A stretch of 64,000 nucleotides of DNA from Laetmonice hystrix. Taxonomy: Eukaryota. The stretch lies in contig OZ249452.1 of NCBI GenBank assembly GCA_965235115.1, forward strand, positions 12,648,001 through 12,712,000, read 5' to 3'. The notes under the pieces were generated by a model. It was not told the origin of the DNA. It was given only the letters and a program-made list of their open reading frames with translations, and searched no databases. Made by a program: the position numbers and the translations under genes. Shown piece by piece: positions 27,201-39,200 of this stretch (its first letter is position 1; each line of letters opens with the position of its first letter).

Positions 27201-30200
27201 CAAGGATTTGCATCTCTAGGTTTGATATTTGTATTAGGAAGGCAACGGGGGTATTTTCACGGTCCTGGTGATGAAAATATCCAAAAAAATATCTTAACAT
27301 GGCTACTATCCTCTCTGTGCAAAGGAGAACAAATTCCCTTTGTATCTTTATTTATCAATACAAAGGTGATTATCATTATTTATCATCATTCATGGAAGGA
27401 AAAGAATTAAACTGTTTTGCGTAACTAAAATATAAACTACCTCATTTCGGTACAGAATATGGTACAATTATTGTCTTGGACGTACCGTAGGGAAGTTTAG
27501 CTGTGACTGGTTCGTCCATTTCGCACGGGTCACTGACGCCAATGGCGTTTTCAGCGACGACCCGGAAGTAGTACTGATGACCTTCGACCAGCTTGGTGGC
27601 CTTGATGGTCAGCGTGTCGGCGGTCGTGTCACCGACCTTGGTCCACGTGTTCTTGGTGGCGTCCCGTTTCTCCACCTTGTAGCCTCGGATTGGTTCTCCA
27701 CCGTCGTCCTCGGGGGTTTCCCAGGCAACCACGATGAAGTCCTTGAAGTACTCGGTGGCGTGAAGGTTACGTGGAGGCGACGGCCGGTCTGAAACCAATC
27801 AGATGCGCGCAGATTTAAAGGATACCCTTCCTTAAAGGATAACCTTCCATAAAAGATCATTTTCCGTAACAGACTGTCAGACAATATATCTTGCGCATCC
27901 CATCTGTTTCTAGCCTACAGTGCAAAGTCTTCCTTTCTCCATAATCCCCCTAATCGACCTAATCTACCATGGGCTGTGACCAGTCTCACCTTTAACAGCG
28001 ACATTGAAGTCAGCCAAGGCAGACCCGACCACGTTTTTGACGGTCAGGTTGTATTTGCCGGTGTCTTTAGTTGAAGCCTCCAGGATGGTGACCCGGCTGT
28101 AGGTGGCGTTCGACTCGATGAAGACGTTGTCAGACGGTATGAGAGTGACGTCGTCAAGCGTCCACGCTACTGATGGTTTAGGAACGCCACTGATCTTGGT
28201 GTCAATGGTGACCTTTTTACCGCCTTTGACCTGGATTGTGTCCTTGAGTTCGTCAGCGTAGTCGATTGTCGGGTGTACTGCAAGGTGAGGAGGTTGGATA
28301 TTCATGAGGAGAGAGTATCTAAAGTAGATTATTGTTTCACTTTTGTAGTACCGGTAGATCTAAAATTATCATCTTTCTGTCCGTCTTTCAAAAGATGGTT
28401 ACATAATCAATATCATTCAATGTTGTTGTCATTCAATGACTCGGCATTTATTTCCGCTCATTGAATGGGTCAATATTTCCCTCGATGACTCAGCACTAAA
28501 ATATCCGTTCATAGACAAAGTTGCAATGTTTAAAATGCTGCCAACATAACGCTGAGTCAGCATTCAATGGTCAATCCCGCCCACCAAACGCTGAGTCAGC
28601 ATTCAATGGTCATTCCCACCCACATAACACTGAATCAGCATTCAATGGTCCCCACCTACATAACGCTGAGTCAGCATTCAATGATCAATCCCACCCACAT
28701 AACGCTGAGTCAGCATTCAATGGTCAATCCCACCCACATAACGCTGAGTCAGCATTAAATCCATCTTACCATGTACAGTGAGTATGGCGTCACTCCTGAC
28801 TTCACCCAGTTTGTTAGACGCCTCTACACGGTAGTCCGTGGCGTCACTCGGTTCGCACTCGATGACCTCTAGCTTTGCCACATCCTCTTGGAGGGAAATC
28901 TTGTGCTTGTCGTTATCGTGGATCTGAACTCCTGCCTTGAACCATCGAATCTCAGCGGCCGGTTCACCGAGGTGCATGCGGCATAGGAACTCGGCATTGG
29001 AAGGCGAAACAACGGTCAGATCAGAGATAGGCTCGAACATCTGCGGCGCGTCTCCCACTGCGAGAAGGCAAAGAGCATTTGGTTAGTATGACGTCATTTT
29101 ATGGAATTATCACATAAATATTGGAGGTCTAGTGTTCAGCCTGGAGCACAAAACTAGGGCTAGTTGACTAACGTCTCTACCGTTATCATGTAGGCCTTTA
29201 TCATAGTTCGTAATTAGACATTGGCCTTTTTACATGCAATGCTATTATGTCATCCATTAGCAATACAAGTAAATTATGTTTGACTGAATAGAAAACTAAC
29301 CAACGAGGGTTTTCACTGGTTCGCTTGGGTCGGAATACGGCCCAAGTCCAGCTTTGTTTTCTGCAGCGACGCGGAACTCGTAGTATGTGTCCTCAGTGAG
29401 ACCCTTCACGGAGTATTTGGTATCGGGGCATGTTTCATCCTTCTGATATTTCTCCCACTTGGGAGTGCCCTGGATTCGGAACTCGATCTCGTAATTGACA
29501 ATTTCTGCTCCTCCATCAGACTCAGGAGCAGTCCATTCAAGATCAACAGTGTGGCCTGTTACATTGCTTGTTTCTGGGCGCCCAGGTTTTCCTGGTTTCT
29601 CCCATGGATCCCTGGTTGTGATTGGCTGCGATGGCGGGCTGAATTCTCCAATGCCTGCCTTGTTCTCGGCGGCAACGCGGAACTCATACTCATTGGCTTC
29701 GACCAGTTCGGTGACGTTTAGTACGAGCTCTGTGATTGGCTCCTTGTTAACGCGCAGCCAATGCTTGCTGCCGACAGTCCGGCGTTCCAGGTGGTAGCCG
29801 GTGACTGGAGAGCCGCCATCTTCGGTTGGTGGTTGCCAGGATACCAAACAGTTGTCAGAGAAGATGTCGCTGACAGTTGGTGCATCTGGGGCCCCAGGGA
29901 CAGCTGCAAAAAGCATAAGATATACATATTTTGTATATACTAACTTTAACTGCTTTCTGAATTTTTCAACACTGAAATATTAAAGAGGATGCATGGATTT
30001 CAGGGGATACCCTCAAGTACATACAGTTAGTGGACTCCTCTGTAATCGTTATAATGGACACACATAGCATGTGTGCATAGCTGTGGATAGGTAACCTAAA
30101 TGTAAACAATACAGTTATAATGCTGATGTTACATACTGTATGGATGCTTGGCCACCACAGGTTCCGTGGTCTGTACCGGTTCGCTGACGCCGTACTGGTT

Positions 30201-33200
30201 CTCGGCCGACACCCTGAATAGGTATTCATTGCCGTCGATCAGTTTGGGTACAGTGAAGGCCAGTTCTGTGGTTTTGCCTGCTTCCTTCCACGAGCGCCGG
30301 TTCACGTCCTTGACCTCGATGACGTAACCCGTCACGGGACTGCCTCCGTTGTCTTCCGGTTCCTCCCAGGTCAAGTCGGCGCTCTCCGCCGTGATGGCGA
30401 CTACGTCCAGGTTCCGTGGTGGTGAGGGTTTGTCTGTGGTGGGTGGGGGAATTGTTCCGGAATAGTTATTTATGCATGTATGTAATTGTTCTTGGTACCT
30501 GTTCCCCTTGTGTCACTACTGACCAAGAGAGATGAACAAGACAATTCGTATATTACAAAGCTAGGGTCCCTCCCGTGGTTAAGCCAAGAATTTACATATT
30601 TTTGAGGGAGTCGCCCAGTCATGCTAGCTGAATCTAGGTGAGCGCCATCCACCTTATATAATTGTTCATATAAAAGATTTAGTTTAATATCCATTTTGCT
30701 TTCCATAGTCAAGTTAATATGCCACTTTTTCCCTAGCATATGCAATGGCCCTTCCCCAGCCTCCCTAGCCTTTTTGAAATTCTCGATCCCACACTGGATA
30801 AGTCCTCTGGCCCACGAGAAGAAACGACAAGTACGTACCAAGCACCACCAACTTGATGAGCATCGTCGCCTCCCCAAACTCGTTACTCAATGTCAGCGTG
30901 TACTCGCCAGCGTCCGTTCTCTCCGCGTCGTGGATTTCAAACGTCGTCTTGTTGTCGACCGTGGTCGGTTTGATGCGTTCCCCGTCTGGCACGTCTCCGC
31001 CGTCGTTGTAGGTCAATGAGACGCTCGGTTGTGGGTACGCCGTGAAGGGCATCTCTCTTGTTGCAGAGCTTCCAGCTTTCATGATTATCGTGTCCTCAAA
31101 CGAATCATCCAGGACGAACTTGGGGCCAGCTGAAAGATACAAATCATAGTTAGTGTTGCATATATGCTACATCTTGAACCGCTTAAAGGTAACGTTCAGC
31201 CAGTGTATATAATCTATTGTCTTACTTGTAAGGGATTGGCAATGCTATCATGTAGTATTGGTATATACAGATGAATCCTGGTTGCTAACTGAGTAGTAAC
31301 TTCTGTTTAAAAAAAACTTGAAACCTACCCTCAACCAAAATCTTGGCCGTTGAGGTTTTGCCCCTGGCGATTGCGGTGTAGTTGCTTATATCATCGCCAG
31401 TCGCCTCGTTGATGGTCAGCCGATGGACAGCGCCGTCGGCCACTGTGACATACTTGTTACTGGGCAGGATGGCTTCCTTCCCACGCTGCCACTGGACCTT
31501 GACGTTAGCCTTGGTCAGTTCGCATTCAAACGTCACATAGCCTGGGATCTCTGTCAGGCGCTGGTCTTGTAGGTGACGCACAAAATCTACAGGCTCTTCT
31601 GCAATGGACATCATTGTTTGTTACTATTGTGGCATTCCACTAAATATTGGTTAGTAAAATATTCATGCTTAATACGCCCCCGATTACGCCTCCCTTTATT
31701 GAAACAGATCTTCTTTTTTTAACATTTTAGTAAAGTCAAAAATGATGCTGTACCTTCCACATAGACAGTGGCGGCTGATTTCTTCTCGCCGATAACAATG
31801 GTGTATTCAGCCTGGTCGTCGAGGTGTGCATCCTGGATGATAAGCGTGTGTATTGTTCCTTCAACCCTGATCTCGATCCTGCCTGCCGTTGGCCGGACCT
31901 CCTTGCCTGCCTTCAGCCAGGTGGCTGTCTGGTCAGGTTTGGAAACCTCACAACTCAACGTGGCAGTCTCAGTCTCCATTACTTCAACGTCACTCAGTGG
32001 AGTCAGGAATTCCAAAGGCTCCTCTGTTGGTAACAAAATGGCAGTTTAATTAAATAGATGTTTTTTTTAAATTACAGTTATTACTTAGGCCCTATTAAGG
32101 AAACAGTACAGTTGCAAGGTTTGTCTCAAGACAATGTCAAGTTTCACCCCCCCCCACCCCCTTTTTTTTGGGGGGGGGTACGAATGCATTCTTTGCACAA
32201 TCCCTTAAACCAACCTTCCCAGTCGTGTGTAAAGCAGTAAAGATACAATCAAATGAATGTTACTAACCGAGGACGGTGAGTTTTGCCGATGTCTTTTTAT
32301 CGCCGATGGAGCAGGAATATTTCATCGTGTCCTCCAGCTCGGCGTCGACGATGGTCAGGCGGTGTACGGTACCGTCCACCTCCGGTGTGAACCGTGTGAA
32401 CTCGGCCCCGCTGATCTCTGTACCTGCCTGTAACCATCGAGCCGTCTGGTCGGCCTTGGAGACTTCGCACTCGAATACTGCGGTCTGTTTCTCGTAGATC
32501 TCAAGGTTGGACAAAGTCCGGACAAATTCTACTGGGAGCTCTGGCAAGGAAATCAAGGTATTGAATGAAATAATGACGTTCCAGTGTTACCTACAGTAAA
32601 ATAAGCGTCAGTACCGACTACATGTAGTATAGCCTACATCTAATATAGACATAAAAAAGGCATATACAACGTATTATTCTACGTAGTATGATTTTTGTCT
32701 GCGACGGTTAACTATAATAATTATACAATGTATATTTTATCGGCACGAAGTGAATATGGTGCCTAAGTAGTATAGTAAAAGTAAGAATTGCAAGGGGTTG
32801 TCAGCTATATCAAGGTGGAAACCAGGTGCAATGTGTGAACTCGGGGAACCACACTGGAGTAAAGAATGAAGAGAGGCAGAGATATACGGTGCTAACCTTC
32901 AACAGTGAGTTTGGCTGTACTCTCTACTCCTTCTTCCACCACAATGGTGTATTTTGATTGGTCGTCCAGCTGGCATTCCCGGATGGTCATCAGGTGTTTG
33001 GTTCCCATGGAAACCATTTCGAAACGACCTCCGGTCTTAATTTCCTGTTCGTCCTTGAACCATTTGACCTTGAGGCTGTCCTTACTGATCTCACACTCAA
33101 AGGTCGCCTTCTCCAGTTCTTTGACCTTCTGGTCCGTCAAGGGCTTCAGGAACTCTGCTGGAGCCTCTGTTTGAAGGGAATAATTTAAAATTCAGAAACA

Positions 33201-36200
33201 CAGATTTCCCTCACTAAAATCACCAAATATGGACAGTCCAAGCTAAGGGCAATGAAAGGGTCATTCCCCGTGGCAACACCCCCCCCCCCCCCCCCTTCTA
33301 GATTTTGTCGGAATATCACCATGGGGGGATCTGCAAAGAACATGACTGTGACAAGAACAGTTAAGGGCCAGTAACCAGGATGATGTCTTACCTTCCACGA
33401 CAAGCTTGGCAGTGGACTCCTTGCCGTCCACCTTGATGGTATACTTCGACTCGTCATCCAGCACACAGTCCCGGATAGCAAGGATGTGTTTGGTTTGCTC
33501 ACATCTCACATCAATCCGGTCTGAGGGCTGTAGTGGTTTCCCATCCTTCAGCCAGGTGGCGGGACGGTCGGCCTTGGATAACTCACAGTCCAAGGTGGCG
33601 GTCTCCTTCTCCATGACCTTCGTGTCCTTCAGTGGTGTCAGGAACTCCGTGGGCAGCTCTGCAACGGCGCCAAATTACCAGTTAATCTCATTTTTACACT
33701 CAGACATTGGTTTCCTAGCAACGAAGCAGTTTGATTTATCCAGGGGTACTATCTTTAAAAGTTACATTAGTAACATCTGATCAAGTTTTTCAGTTACACT
33801 AAAATGTAACTTTTAGAAGGTCTTTCTCAGAGGATTACTACTGGCAATATGGGCCTAAATAATTTTTTTGCAGGGGGCGGTGGTTCTGCCCTCCCCTTGT
33901 TAGATCCGCCACTCTTGTAATAGTTATGGAATCAGGAGAATGAACGCTCTTCGTAAAAGCGGAAATGGGTAGAAAATCTCACACTGCTATGTACTATAAT
34001 TCACGGTTTCAAGGTCAGAAAAAGCGGAAATCCAATTTGATGTCTGTTAAATTACAGAAACCACCGCACCTTCTACAAGAAGAGTTGCCTCAGTCGAAGC
34101 CGTCTCGACAGAGTATGACACCGGACCGCGGTCTTCTAACGAAACGTTGACAATCGTCAAAGTCTGCGTAACGCCATCAGTTCCGATCTGGAACCGTTCG
34201 CTGACGGTAACGTCTTGGCCCAGGAATGTCCATGTGCCGTTCGTACGGTCTGGCTTGGACAACTCGCACGAGAAGGTCACTGTATCCTTCTCAAGGGCAT
34301 CGATGTTCTTCAGTGGCACGACGATCTCGAGTGGTGCTTCTGTCAAATCAGAAACCTGCTGTTAACGCCTATATCTTTCCACACTCTACACTTCCGCCAG
34401 ACCATCATAGAAGCGCACGTCAAAGGCTAGGAGTTTCCCCAGAGATAAGTCTACGATCAATTCGTTTAAAACTAAGTCAGATAGAGATAATAGACTAATT
34501 TTTCCAATAATACAGACAGAGTGAATTTGATTTGAAACTTTCTACTGACCCTTTACGGTGACGTTGCATGACGTTGTTTTGACGCCATACTTGTGGTCAT
34601 CAATTTTCACGGAGAACTCGGCGTTCTCGTCCATTGTGACGTCACTGATGGTTAGTGTGAATCGTAAGCCGGTTGAGTCGACGTCCATCTTGAAACGGTC
34701 AGATTCGCCGATCTCGTCACCATCCTCAAACCACGTGACCTCTCGCGGTTTCGTGATCTCCAGAATGAGGGTCACTGTCTCGGTTTCCATGGTTGTCACA
34801 TCCTCCAGGGGTCGTTTGATCTCACATGGAGACTCTACAAATGGCAACATTGATGGAGTCATTCAACTTTATGTAAGTACGTAGCTAGGATTTCTGAAGG
34901 GGTGATTGGTATTTGGGAAAAAGTGGGCATTTTAGAAAGAAAATGGAGCATTATTTGGAAAAGGAATGGGCCTATGATGTAAAAAGGAAGTAGAACAAGG
35001 ACTGCCAAAGGAGGCTTTGCCCTTCAATGAAAACCAGCCAAGAAACAAAACCCAGTGAGAGAGTTTGGACCCCCCGCGATGATCTTGAGATGTGGGACCT
35101 TCCGGTTTTAGCCTCGTTCGTTAACAACTCTCTGCCATCATGCCGCCACCATTGACGTAAGTTGTTACTGATTAGCGTACCTTCGACGGTGAGCGTTGCG
35201 CTGGTGCTGACGTCATCAACCCTGAGTGTGTACTCGGCCGTGTCGCCAAGTGTACAGTTGACGACAGTCAGTGAGTATGTGTACTCATCCGTGGACACCT
35301 TGTAATGTGTGTCCGCCATGTCCAGCTCGACTCCATCTCTCAACCACGTCACCTTACGGTTCGGCTTGGAGAGTTCGCACTCGAAAGTTTCTGTCTTCGT
35401 CTCAACCGTCGTGATGTCAGAAAGAGGCGATGTAACCTCGATAGGCAACTCTGGAACGCAGACGACAGAAACGACCTTGAACTCATGGTATATGTTTTTA
35501 ATCTTATTCTGAACTGTATAACATAGGGACCACTATGATACACTATGAAAACGTTTCCGCTACTGGCTTTAAACAAATATTTCTTGTAAATATAGTAAAC
35601 GAAGAGGAAAAGTTATATGTTGTAAGCAAACGAAATGGATAAAGAAATACATCTTAAATTTATCATTGTAATGAGCTCATTTCTTTATGTATAAAATACA
35701 TAATAGACTACAATGACCTTGTAATCACACAGTCACTGGAACAGAAAACATGGTGGGATTGAAAATATCATCATGCTATCAACATCGACCCAGTCATTGT
35801 TTGTCACATTAGAAATCACCAGAGGACGACAGCAATGACAAAAATTTAGCAATCATACAAAGTCGACAGTATTATTCATTTGATCACAAGAAAGGATAGT
35901 TGGTCGGTGGTTGTCAGATATAGAGAGTGAGAGAAAGGATATTTGGTTCGGTGGTTGTAAGATATAGAGAGTGAGAGAGGTAAGTTGATACGGGTGCGAA
36001 AGATAGATAAAGAGTGAAAAAGAGAAAGAAAGACCTTACATTTTCAAACTTGTGGTAATAACATGCAGGAGTTTGTTTTTAGGTTGATGTTAACCCTATT
36101 ATTTAGACAGAGCGACAAGGATCACCAGAGTCGTGGGATATGTATGTCGGGAGGTTTCCTACATTATACGAGTCAAAGTGTTGACCTCCTTCAACCTGTC

Positions 36201-39200
36201 TTCACAAAGTATCGTTAAAACGACATTCACTTCTCTTTAATTTCATCGCTGGGATTTCAATTTTTATCTTTAGATATACTCTGAAAATATATACGACTGT
36301 TATAAGTTATCACAGATAAATCTCGGCTAAATAATTAAAGTTCCATATCAAATTGTATTCATTTTGTTATTGTTATCTGTGAAAACAGATAGGTGGTCAC
36401 TTTGACGTGTATTTAGAAGCAGGCGATCACTCCACCGCAGCCAAAGTCTGTGTGTACCTTTCACTGTTAGAGTGCCCTTGGTTGTGGCTTCACTCCTGAC
36501 AATCTTACACGTGTAGGTGTGAGTGTCAGTGAGTGTACTCTTGAGAACCGTCAGCCGACATTCGCAGCCTTCACCGTTAATTTTGTACCGGAGACCGCTA
36601 ATTATCTCCTCGCCATTTTTGTACCATTTAACCTCGACGTTCGGTTTGGAGGTCTCACAAAGCAACAAAACTGTTTCCTGCTCAAAGCATTCCATGTCTT
36701 CTAGCTCCTTGGTAAATGTTATAGGCGTTTCTGAAACGTCACATGGCATGAGAACATTAATCCGTAATTATCAATAATTATCTGCCCCTGCTGTAATGAG
36801 AAGATTGTTAATAAACTTAACGTAGGCATAACATAAATGAACTTGAACTGAACTGAACTTTAAAGAACAGAATATGCAAATATTAATCTAAACCTCAAAA
36901 ATCTGCGAGGCGCTTACCAATCGATAACTAAGACGGAAGCGTTGATGTATAAATGCGTGTACAACTAAGAAAGAGTGCCAACTAAATATCCTAAAGCTTG
37001 AACAAATATGTAGTGAACTTTAGAATATGTATAAATTCTAGAGTAAAACAAGGTGTTTTTTCACAGGGCGAGATACCCCGTCAAATGAACATGCAAATTA
37101 AACATGTAAATATGCGAAGCAAAGCAATCTGAACGACAATGTATATATGGAAACCCCCCTAAAAATCCGTTGAAAAAGTAAACAAACAAAGTAGAAAGTA
37201 AATAATAAGAAGCACTCCTTTCTAAAATGCTGCCGTGCTATATAATCTACAAGTTCTACACAATAAGCCGTATGAAAACAAGCTGCTTACAAACAAGTAA
37301 TGATTTTTTTCTGTTTTATAATTACCTTTCACTGTAAGCGGAGCAGCAGACTTGCAGTCCGGTCCAGCTATCGAGACCTCAGCCGTGTCGTCGAGTTGAC
37401 ATTTTTTGATGGTCAGTTTGTAGGTACAGCCATCCGATTCCACGACATACTTGCTGCTGGGTTTGATATTCTTCCCTGCTACGGACCACGTGACTTGCTG
37501 GTCTGGCTTGGAGAGTTCACAGACAAATGTGGCGTCTTCTTCCTCCATGACCTCTACAGGGGTCAAGGGTACAGTGACCTCTACGGGTAGTTCTGAAAAT
37601 ACCGGTAGTTCAGACTTTTGTTAATCCTCAGGGTAAAGCAACAGAGGCGACTTTATTGGATAAGACTGGAATTAAGGCTGCTAAGGTCAATAGATTTGAC
37701 AGATTTTTCACTTTTTTCCTCAGGGGGTGTTGCAGGAAGAGAAAAACAAAAGTCAAAGAAGTGAACTTGGTATTAGTCGACAGGATCCGTTCATTCTACC
37801 GTTCGCAGATTTGGCGTCTGAGACAACACGTGATAACCCAATGGTAGCCCCGCCATGAGGAACTACATTGTATATGCCACAGATCGACCCACTGACGGGG
37901 AACGGGAGGTAGGCTATACCTTCATTTAGAATAGTCGCACTATTCTCAGCCTTGCACCCTCCCGGCTCCAATTGGACACTGTATGCCTCATCACGCGTTG
38001 TCAGACTACGACCGAACGTGGACCGATGCAAAATAGGCGGAAGGAAACGAGAACCCGCACCCGCTGTTACTTTTGGCCCGTCACTGTTAGTGAAACACCC
38101 TCCGGGTTGTGCCCCTACAATCTACTCCTTACCTTCGACAGTGAGTTTGGCAGTGGATGTCTTGCCACTGGGTAGTTGGATGGTATACTGATCAGCGTCC
38201 GTCAGGTGAGCGTCCGTGATTACCAGTTTGTAGGAGGTGCCGTCACTGACCATCTGGGTGCGGTCATCCACCGTCAGTTCCTCCTTGTTCTTCAACCATT
38301 TGACCTGGAGGGGTCAGGGGTTAAAGGTCAAGTACATGGTTAGCTATTATTACGAAATATACTACTATGTAGGCCTACAATCTCTGATCGTTATGTTCAC
38401 GTTTCGATCGCAGCGTCACATGGCGGTAGCTAGGTTACTCTATAGACGTAACTTATATATTTTACACAATATTTTAAAATCTAAACGTCTAATCTACCAG
38501 GGAAGCCAAAATGTCCAAAACGGTGGCAGTTCCAAACGAAGGACACCATGTGAGAGGTCATAATCATCGAATATTGACTTCGCGAGTGAAATAGGTACCG
38601 GTTCTTTCTCACTGACGTCATGAATTGACCACGCTTTACCAGCCTACCACAGCATGGCGCTGCGATCGCAGTACGCTCTGACCCACACTCTTTTACAAAT
38701 AAGACATGCTCTTTTGAAGGTTCTACTTTGGGCCATCTACTCTTGAACTGTGGAAGAGTTCTAGAATCTACATTATTAAAACACATGTGTATGATACTAG
38801 GGAGTATGTTTTCACCTCATTTTGCGTATATTTCCTTGCGAAATTTGCGGGTGACACCAAATATTTGCCATTGAATTGGAAAAGACGATCACCTTTTACC
38901 ATGTTGGCCAACAACTAGATGTTCATACATGAGGTAGAAGTATTTTTTTCTATATTTTCGGCACATTATAATGTTTAACCGTCATTTTAAGCTGTGACAC
39001 CGAACGTTGATAACGACCCTAGAACCATTTACCCCACGTCATCCTACACGTACCTGGATGTGGGATTTGTTAAGCTGAATGCTGAACTCAGCCGTCTCTT
39101 TCTCCTTGACGTGGACATCTCGGAGCTTGGACTTGAAATCAGCGGGCTTCTCTGTTAGTGGTAACAACGACATTGATCTAACTGACTCAGGTGAGGCGCA

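Noticed and set aside
35898-35980. ~43-bp tandem duplication in a purine-rich intron stretch
   Set aside because: Ordinary slippage duplication with no functional hint.
38405-38668. 11-bp inverted repeat cgatcgcagcg / cgctgcgatcg as MITE ends
   Set aside because: No target duplication and no extension of the match; at best a decayed element.
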